DNA of 64,000 nucleotides from Bacteroidales bacterium (GTDB lineage Bacteria; Bacteroidota; Bacteroidia; Bacteroidales; P3): NCBI GenBank assembly GCA_024400665.1, contig JAKSML010000004.1, positions 9,151 to 73,150 of the forward strand, read 5' to 3'. Shown piece by piece: positions 57,466 to 64,000 of this stretch (position 1 is its first letter; each line of letters starts with the position of its first letter). The notes under the pieces were generated by a model. It saw only the letters and a program-made list of their open reading frames with translations, ran no database searches and was not told where the DNA came from. The position numbers and the translations under genes were made by a program.

Positions 57466-58794
57466 TTACCAATCGTAGCGCCAGTCCTCGTCGAGTTCTT
57501 CTGCATTGGGGTCATAGACCTCCTCGCGCTCCTCACGGTCGCGCAGACGGAAGAGGCGACCCAGCCAGTCGTCCTTCTTCGAGGCCTTCTGGGTGGCGGC
57601 GTTTTTGTCCTCCTCGATAATCTGTGCAATCTGCTTGATGTAGTTCTCGACGTATGTGTGAGGGTGCGACTCGTCGTAGGCGATGCGTGAGCCGGTATAG
57701 TAATGACGGATGATGCTGTCGTAGGCGTAGCCCAGATGGACCATGCGGATGGTGCCCTCCTGGCTGAGGCCAACACCATGGCCGAAGCCATGGCCGGAGA
57801 GGGTGACACGATGGGTGGCGGCATCGTAGATGACAGAGAAGAAGGTGGACTTCAGTTGGAAGTCAGTGCGGATGCGGGTGAGTGGCACGCCACAGAGACG
57901 GACCTTGCGCGTGGGCTGAGCAAAGGAGAGGAGCGCACGACGGATACTGTCGTTATGGATGTCAAGTTTGTGCTTAGAGGCGAAATAGTTGAGCCACTTG
58001 TCCTCGTTGACGACCTTGACCCACTCGCTCTGCCGCATACGGTAGGAGAAGGTGTCGGGCACAGAACGGAGATAGGGCAGCGCACTGCGCCACACATCCT
58101 CGGAGTTGGCAGTCTGGCCGCCACTGTTGCTATGGAAGGGGGTGTCGATGAGATGCCCGTCGGCATCGACGATGGTCATGCCCGCACTCTGCATGGTGCC
58201 GAGCATGATGTCGGGACGCACACAGCGGTTGAGGTATGCCTGGCAGTGGACCTGGTCGCAGAAGTTGTAGCCATCGGCCTTGTGCTTGTTGATATTCTTC
58301 ATGGCCCATGTGCGGGAGATGATGGCCTGCACACGGAAGATGTCGGTCTGGTCGCCGTAGATTTCGCTCTGCACCACGCCAGCGATATAGGTCTCGAACT
58401 CCACATCGTTGATGATGAGTAGCTTGCCATTCTTGGCAACAGAGACGATGAGGTCGCCCTCGTAGGTGCGCTGCTTGATGTTGCGGGGGTTGAGGCAGAG
58501 GATGCAGGCCGTGTCGGTGGCCTGGAAGGTGACCTGTCGATGGCTGCCGTAATCGTAGCCGTCGATAGAGACATGGACAAGGCCCTCCTTGGGGATGAGT
58601 TCGACAGACTTGCCATCGCCCACAGCCGCCTCAATCGTGCTTCCGCCCTCGCCCATGAGGTCGTAATAGCCCAAGTCGAACGAGATATTGATGAGGTCTA
58701 TCGTGTTGGTAGAGAACAGTCTCACCTTCACGCGGTCGGCAGAGGCACCGAAAGCGAGGAGGAGAAAGCAGAGTATGAGCAGGGGGCGTTTCAC
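57466..58794 (-). CDS. SpoIID/LytB domain-containing protein
   Basis: 442-aa ORF with YIAGVV..E, FCD..HCQ.Y, FHSNSGGQT and GHG.GLSQ.G blocks. Confidence 0.8.
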   Translation of the reverse strand: MKRPLLILCFLLLAFGASADRVKVRLFSTNTIDLINISFDLGYYDLMGEGGSTIEAAVGDGKSVELIPKEGLVHVSIDGYDYGSHRQVTFQATDTACILCLNPRNIKQRTYEGDLIVSVAKNGKLLIINDVEFETYIAGVVQSEIYGDQTDIFRVQAIISRTWAMKNINKHKADGYNFCDQVHCQAYLNRCVRPDIMLGTMQSAGMTIVDADGHLIDTPFHSNSGGQTANSEDVWRSALPYLRSVPDTFSYRMRQSEWVKVVNEDKWLNYFASKHKLDIHNDSIRRALLSFAQPTRKVRLCGVPLTRIRTDFQLKSTFFSVIYDAATHRVTLSGHGFGHGVGLSQEGTIRMVHLGYAYDSIIRHYYTGSRIAYDESHPHTYVENYIKQIAQIIEEDKNAATQKASKKDDWLGRLFRLRDREEREEVYDPNAEELDEDWRYDW

Positions 58795-59918
58795 TGTGTT
58801 GTTACTTTGTTACCAATAATATTGATGATTTCTTGAGCCGTGCGGTCCGATGCGCCAACATTGCCGAGGAGGGCGTGCAGACGGGCATAGCCCTGAAGCA
58901 TCTGCTGACGAGAGCCCTGCTGCACAGTGATGCGGGCGAACTCCTCTTCGAGGCGCTGCGGGTTGAGATCCTGCTGGATGAGCTCCGTGACGATGGGCTC
59001 GTCGGCGATGAGGTTGGGCAGCGAGATGTACTTAATGCGCTTGCCGACAAAGCGTTTGGCGATGGCTATGGAGAGAGCGTTGGCGCTGTAGCAGACAACC
59101 TGAGGCACGTTGAAGAGCGCCGTTTCGAGGGTTGCCGTGCCCGAGCAGACGAGGGCAGCGTAGGAGGAAGAGAGAAGCTCGTAGGTCTTGTCATAGACCA
59201 CGGAGACATTCGCGGCATCTTTGATGAAAGGCTCGTAGAAGGCGTCGCCCAAGAGCGACATGCCCGCTATGACGAAGCGGTATTCGGGATGGGCGGCTGC
59301 CAGCTTGAGCATGGGTGGCAGCACCTTCTTCAGCTCTTGGCGCCTGCTTCCGGGGAGGAGTGCCACGGTGGCACCGTTCTGCGGATTCTCTGAAGTGTTC
59401 TCGGCACGGAACTGCGCCACGGCATCCAGGAGCGGATGTCCTACATAGACCGCCTGCGGGAAATGGTTGCGGCTGTAAAAGTCCTGCTCGAAGGGGAGGA
59501 TATAGCAGAGCCTGTCGAGGTCGCGGCGCATGGAGGTGATGCGGCCTTTCTTCCAAGCCCAGAGCTGCGGAGAGATGTAGTGGATATTCTTATAGCCCAG
59601 CTTGTGGGCGAACTTGGCGATTTTGAGGTTGAAGCCTGGGTAATCGACATAGACCAGTGCGTCGGGGCGGAAGGCCTCGATATCCTGCTTGCAGAAGCGG
59701 ATATTGCCCAAAACGGCAGGGAGGTGCATGGCCACCTCAACGAAGCCCATATAGGCAAGGTCGCGGATATGGCGCACACGGGTGCCACCCACAGCAGTCA
59801 TAGCATCGCCTCCCCAGAAACGTATCTCGGCCTCGGGGTCGCGGCGCATGATGGCCCGCATGAGGTTGGCGCCGTGGAGGTCGCCAGAAGCTTCGCCTGC
59901 TATGATGTAGTATCGCAT
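58791..59918 (-). CDS. lpxB: Lipid-A-disaccharide synthase
   Basis: 375-aa ORF starting MRYYIIAGEASGDLHGANLM, with later SGTATLE. Confidence 0.9.
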   Translation of the reverse strand: MRYYIIAGEASGDLHGANLMRAIMRRDPEAEIRFWGGDAMTAVGGTRVRHIRDLAYMGFVEVAMHLPAVLGNIRFCKQDIEAFRPDALVYVDYPGFNLKIAKFAHKLGYKNIHYISPQLWAWKKGRITSMRRDLDRLCYILPFEQDFYSRNHFPQAVYVGHPLLDAVAQFRAENTSENPQNGATVALLPGSRRQELKKVLPPMLKLAAAHPEYRFVIAGMSLLGDAFYEPFIKDAANVSVVYDKTYELLSSSYAALVCSGTATLETALFNVPQVVCYSANALSIAIAKRFVGKRIKYISLPNLIADEPIVTELIQQDLNPQRLEEEFARITVQQGSRQQMLQGYARLHALLGNVGASDRTAQEIINIIGNKVTTQ

Positions 59919-59925
59919 AACCTCG

Positions 59926-60219
59926 TTATCCTAATGTTATATATCTGTGGCGCAGCATGTACCACATGAAGAGCACAAAGGTGACAAAGAATGTGACGAT
60001 GACGGCTTTAAGCGTGACGGGGTATTCCTGTGCCTTGGCATAGTAGCGCAACAGGAGCAGCGGCGGCACAAAGGCCACGGCAAACCAGCGCAGGTGTTCG
60101 GCCATAGGCATACCTGTCACGAGCAGCACCACCCACAGCAGGGCTGCGCAGAGCAGCTCGGAGGCGACGGCAGCCATGACACCCAGCGGGGCGCTGTTTT
60201 TATTGAGTATCTTCTTCAT
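59926..60219 (-). CDS. Small membrane protein (97 aa, 3 TM)
   Basis: Hydrophobic ORF whose start overlaps the stop of surE by 4 nt, so it is translationally coupled in the operon. Confidence 0.5.
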   Translation of the reverse strand: MKKILNKNSAPLGVMAAVASELLCAALLWVVLLVTGMPMAEHLRWFAVAFVPPLLLLRYYAKAQEYPVTLKAVIVTFFVTFVLFMWYMLRHRYITLG

Positions 60220-60983
60220 ATTTCTAAATGTTTCATTTGTGCCATAGCGGCATAATCGGTGAAGTCGGTGCGGATGGGTACGACCGACACGAAGCCTTCT
60301 GCCAAAGCCAGCTCGTCGGAGCAGTCCTGCTTGTCGTCACAGACAAACTTACCCGTCATCCACCAGTAGGGGCGGCCTATGGGGTCTGTGCGGCGTTCGA
60401 GGCTGTCGGTCCAAGCGGCACGAGCCTGACGGCAGATGCGGATGCCTTTTATCGCTTCGGCAGGAAGGCGCGGAATGTTGACATTGAGCGACGTGCCCTG
60501 CGGCAGCGGCTGCTGCAGCACGCCGCCGATGATGTGGCGAAGGGTGGGCACACAGGCTTCAAAATCGGCCTCAGGACTGTGGTTGAGGAGCGAGAAGCCC
60601 ACGGCGGGCAGCCCGTTGAGGTTGGCTTCGAGCACTGCGCCCATCGTGCCGCTATATATAATATTGATAGAGGCATTGGTGCCGAAATTGATACCCGAGA
60701 GCACCATGGAGGGCGTTCGGGGGCAGAAATATTCGAGGCCCAACTTGACGCAGTCGGCGGGGGTGCCGTCGCAGGAGTGGTACTTGATATTGCCGCTCTC
60801 CTCAACCAAGCGGGCACGCAGCGGTCTGTTGCAGGTGATGGAGGTGCTGAGGCCCGAGGCGTTATGGTCGGGGGCCATCACCACCACATCGCCAAACTCG
60901 GCAGCCGTCACGGCAAGCTGCCGGAGGCCGCGGGAGGCGACGCCGTCGTCGTTGGTGATGAGGAATAGCGGTTTTTCTGCCAT
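60216..60983 (-). CDS. surE: 5'/3'-nucleotidase SurE
   Basis: 255-aa ORF with LITNDDG, NxGxN (GINFGTNAS) and YSGTMGA blocks. Confidence 0.9.
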   Translation of the reverse strand: MAEKPLFLITNDDGVASRGLRQLAVTAAEFGDVVVMAPDHNASGLSTSITCNRPLRARLVEESGNIKYHSCDGTPADCVKLGLEYFCPRTPSMVLSGINFGTNASINIIYSGTMGAVLEANLNGLPAVGFSLLNHSPEADFEACVPTLRHIIGGVLQQPLPQGTSLNVNIPRLPAEAIKGIRICRQARAAWTDSLERRTDPIGRPYWWMTGKFVCDDKQDCSDELALAEGFVSVVPIRTDFTDYAAMAQMKHLEI

Positions 60984-60993
60984 GGTATGTTAT

Positions 60994-62091
60994 TTATTGT
61001 GCTGCAAAATCGTTCCGCTGCTGTCCTAAGAAGAAGGAGGCAGGCTGGAGAATGTTGTCGAAGGTGTAGTACTGTATGAGAACCGTATCCTTGCTGTCGA
61101 TGATAGCGTAGAGGCGGTTGATGTCGAACATCTCGTAGAGGTTGCTGTCGGGCATGGCAGCACGGTCATCAGGGTTGAGGTATTTGAGGTAGGTCTTCAC
61201 CTCGCGGGTCTTGCCCTCGGTGCTGGTGACGCGCAGGATGGCGCGAGGACCGGCGTTGAAGGAGGTGTCCATGTTGCTGTTGGGGACATTGCAGGCGAAC
61301 TCGTCGAAGTTGAGGTTGGCGAAGCTGGAGAGCATCTGTGCCACGCGGGCGGTGTCGAAACCGTTCACCATGGTGTGGCTCTGTGTGAGTTCGAAAGAGA
61401 AGCCCTCGCCCTGACGGCGCACAGCAAAGGACTGGTCGGGCGATGCGGGGATGTCGAGTTCGACGCTCTGGAGGTGACGCACATCCCAGTGCACCACGCT
61501 ATGGCTGCGCCATGCCAAGGGGTCGGCGATGAAGCGCGGGGTGAGATAGCCGCGGAAGCCAGGGATGTGAATGATGTAGGGCACCTTGTCGCCCTCGCGG
61601 AACATGTGGCAGGCCATCATGTCCTGTGTCTCGTGGCCGACGAAATAGGTGACAGCGAGCTTCTCGTGGGGGAAGAGCTTGAACTTGCCGCCAAACCAGT
61701 TGATGAAGTATTTGCGCTGATAGACCTCCACCTTGACGGCGCGAGCCGAGAGCAGCTTGATGGCCTGGGGGACGGCGTTCTTGTTCACCTGCTGGCGGAT
61801 GCGCATGTCGTGCAGTGTTTCGAGGAGCAGATCGACCATAGGCTGGCTGGCGGGATAGATGGTATCAACCGTCCAGAGGGTGTCGGCTGTGCTGTCGGCC
61901 GAGACACGCTGCAGGAGCACATGATGGTTCTGCTTGTCGGCGAGATATATCTTAGTTATTGAGTTGACATCTTCGACATGAAAGTCCTGGTCGAAGGTGG
62001 CATCCTTCGCGCCATGCTTGGCGATGATGAGCGCCACGAGTCCGATTACGACGACGGCGGCGATGATGATTATATTTTTTCTTTTCTTCAT
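60994..62091 (-). CDS. DUF4340-like protein (accessory to GldG-type ABC system)
   Basis: 365-aa ORF with a single N-terminal TM. Its start overlaps the stop of the GldG-like ORF by 4 nt, which is the typical position of DUF4340 genes. Confidence 0.5.
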   Translation of the reverse strand: MKKRKNIIIIAAVVVIGLVALIIAKHGAKDATFDQDFHVEDVNSITKIYLADKQNHHVLLQRVSADSTADTLWTVDTIYPASQPMVDLLLETLHDMRIRQQVNKNAVPQAIKLLSARAVKVEVYQRKYFINWFGGKFKLFPHEKLAVTYFVGHETQDMMACHMFREGDKVPYIIHIPGFRGYLTPRFIADPLAWRSHSVVHWDVRHLQSVELDIPASPDQSFAVRRQGEGFSFELTQSHTMVNGFDTARVAQMLSSFANLNFDEFACNVPNSNMDTSFNAGPRAILRVTSTEGKTREVKTYLKYLNPDDRAAMPDSNLYEMFDINRLYAIIDSKDTVLIQYYTFDNILQPASFFLGQQRNDFAAQ

Positions 62092-63998
62092 TTTTTACGG
62101 AATTGCTTACGACGGATAATGATGATGGCTATGCCTGCCAGAACGATGATGCCGGAGGGGAGCAGGATGTTGAGGAGCTGGTAGCCCGTGCGGTCTTCCT
62201 TAATCTTCATCACGTTCAGCTTGCGTATCTTGATGTTGCGGCTGCGGCATGAGATGGAGCCCTCTTCGCCCACGAGGTAGTCGATGCAGTTGAGCAGCAG
62301 CTCCTTGTTGGCATACATGGTCTCGGTGTAGAAGTCGTAGCCCAAAGGATAGCCCGTGAGATCTTCGAAGTTGAAGCGGTTCTTGATCACATCGCCGTCG
62401 GAGATGACAATCATGCTCGTGGTGTCGCCCTCGGCGCGGAAGCCCATGGCGGGAATCTCAGCAAAGTCGGGAGTGACGAGGTTGCGGAACATCGACTTGA
62501 AGCCGCCTTCGAGCAGGACAGCCACGGGGACGTTGCTGCGGCTGAAGAGGCGGCGGTCGGGTTCTATCTTAGCCTCGTTGAGGTCGTAGATGGCGGGGGC
62601 GTTCTTCACGCGGGAGAACTCGGAGGTAGCCAGCAGGACAGTCTTGTCGATACCGTTGTCGATAAGGTCGATGCTGCTGGGGAAGTCGGTCTTGATAAGG
62701 TCGAGGTTGCGCACGATGGGGTGCGGCGACATCGGCACGATCTCGGGGAAGTACATCCAGGGCTGGAACTGTATCTGGGCCTGTTCGCCCACCATGCCCA
62801 CCTTCATGGGTATGGGGCGGCAGCGGATGTCCATGACCAGGTCGGGATTGACGCGCACGCCGTAGGTGAAGAGCATGTCGTCGAGGTTGACGGGGAGGCG
62901 TGTGGCCACAGCCGAGCCAGCGCTCTCAAGGCTGTCAAGGTCGGCATCGAGGGGGTCGATAAGCCAGAGCAGCTTGCCGCCATACATCACATACTGGTCG
63001 AGGATGTAGAGGTCGCGGTCGCTGAAGGGGCGTGTAGGCTTGGCCACGATGATGAGGTCGTACTTGTTGTGGAAGCGGTATGTCGAATCCTTGGGGTCGA
63101 GCTCGCGCATGGTGAGCGAGTTGATGTTCTCGTTCATGAGGATGGTGTCGAGGTTGTAGTACTCATAGAGCGAGGCAATCATGTCCGACATATAGGGCAG
63201 TTCCAGCTCGCCATGGCCGCGCATGAAGGCCACCGAGGGCTTCTGGCCGCGAGCCAGGGCGCGGATGCCGTTGGAGAGGACATATTCGAGGCTCTGTATC
63301 GAGTTGTTGAGCAGCTGTGTCTGATCAACATACTTCTGGCTTTGCAACAGCTGGATGGAGGTCTCGTTGCCCTTGTAGATGACGTCGGCGGCGGGGATGA
63401 GCACCTGCGTGGTGACGCCGTTGCCTGTGCTCACCTGTATCTGCGTGGGCTGGATGCCTTTCTGCGCCAGCTTCTGGTAGAAGACCTGGCGTTCCTGCTC
63501 GTTCTCGAAGCTGTTGGGGTTGACAAACTCATACTGCACGTTCTTGTTGTAGGCGCGGAACTGGTTGAGCATCTCCTTGGTCTCGTTCTGCAGGCGTTTG
63601 AAGTCGGCGGGGAACTCGCCTTCGAGATAGACGCGGTAGAGGATGGGCTCGTCAATCTTCTTCAGGAGGTTCTTGGTCGATTTCGACAGGGTGTAGCGTT
63701 TCTCGGAGGTGAGGTCCAAGCGGCCGAAGACGTAGTAGCCGATGACGTTGATGAAGACGACGATCAGCACGCCGGCTGCCAGCTCCAGCCAATGGCTGCG
63801 GCGGAGGTCCTTCTTGTTGCGCCAGCCGTGCCACTTGCGGCTCTGCAGCACGATGCGGGTGGCGAGCATGAAGATGGCTATCACGCTGGCGAAATAGATG
63901 ACGTCGCGGGTGTCGAGCACGCCGCGGCTGATAGATTCATAGTGGTAGCTCATGCCCAAGCTGCGCACAAAGAGGTCGGTGTCGCCGAGGAAGCCCAT
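62088..63998 (-). CDS. gldG: GldG-like ABC-transporter auxiliary protein, 5'-partial; the ORF continues in-frame into a GldF-like permease C-terminus
   Basis: The ORF is open to the window edge. The GldG N-region block is FGRLDLTSEKRYTLSKSTKNLL and there is a C-terminal TM. The residues encoded nearest the window edge (YESISRGVLDTRDVIYFASVI) look like the end of an ABC-2 permease (GldF). Confidence 0.7.
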   Translation of the reverse strand: MGFLGDTDLFVRSLGMSYHYESISRGVLDTRDVIYFASVIAIFMLATRIVLQSRKWHGWRNKKDLRRSHWLELAAGVLIVVFINVIGYYVFGRLDLTSEKRYTLSKSTKNLLKKIDEPILYRVYLEGEFPADFKRLQNETKEMLNQFRAYNKNVQYEFVNPNSFENEQERQVFYQKLAQKGIQPTQIQVSTGNGVTTQVLIPAADVIYKGNETSIQLLQSQKYVDQTQLLNNSIQSLEYVLSNGIRALARGQKPSVAFMRGHGELELPYMSDMIASLYEYYNLDTILMNENINSLTMRELDPKDSTYRFHNKYDLIIVAKPTRPFSDRDLYILDQYVMYGGKLLWLIDPLDADLDSLESAGSAVATRLPVNLDDMLFTYGVRVNPDLVMDIRCRPIPMKVGMVGEQAQIQFQPWMYFPEIVPMSPHPIVRNLDLIKTDFPSSIDLIDNGIDKTVLLATSEFSRVKNAPAIYDLNEAKIEPDRRLFSRSNVPVAVLLEGGFKSMFRNLVTPDFAEIPAMGFRAEGDTTSMIVISDGDVIKNRFNFEDLTGYPLGYDFYTETMYANKELLLNCIDYLVGEEGSISCRSRNIKIRKLNVMKIKEDRTGYQLLNILLPSGIIVLAGIAIIIIRRKQFRKK

Positions 63999-64000
63999 GT

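Overview
GC-rich Bacteroidota (Bacteroidales-type) chromosomal segment. This assignment rests on TAnnTTTG -7 promoter boxes, a SusC-like TonB receptor with a carboxypeptidase-regulatory domain, gldG, an OlsB/PlsC-like glycine-lipid gene pair, and weak or absent SD sequences. About 50 genes are supportable. Most are housekeeping: cstA, pfkA-purH-mreB, engB, an M16 peptidase, fadD-like, trkA-trkH-trkH, ftsE-like, rlmH, rpmF-yceD, and a long minus-strand operon running gldG, DUF4340-like, surE, lpxB, SpoIID, thioredoxin-like, ftsY, rimO. Three visibly AT-richer inserts interrupt this background. (1) A stand-alone TM-NACHT-TPR STAND NTPase at 21.4-23.8 kb carries a perfect 234-bp internal duplication in its repeat region. 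(2) An ~8.1 kb Type I R-M island (hsdM, DUF1016-N fragment, hsdS, Fic, hsdR) at 39.25-47.34 kb is bracketed by an 18-bp imperfect direct repeat that sits exactly at the compositional boundaries. (3) A ~0.85 kb islet at 31.5-32.3 kb holds a 61-aa ORF with an SD-like G-run and a ~125-nt five-helix hairpin, and is flanked by 11-bp tandem arrays. The intergenic DNA is also unusually structured. It contains a REP-like family (AT-rich microsatellite arms around a GGCGG..CCGCCC core, at least 8 copies). It contains a ~200-bp GC-rich element bounded by GAAATGTTAAAAT, with a copy upstream of both defence loci. It also contains an identical 69-bp element before both trkH paralogs and a ~1 kb non-coding GC-rich region with an 87-bp palindromic 11-mer array. 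No rRNA, tRNA, CRISPR array, integrase or transposase was found. All functional calls come from reading motifs in the translations; no database search was run.
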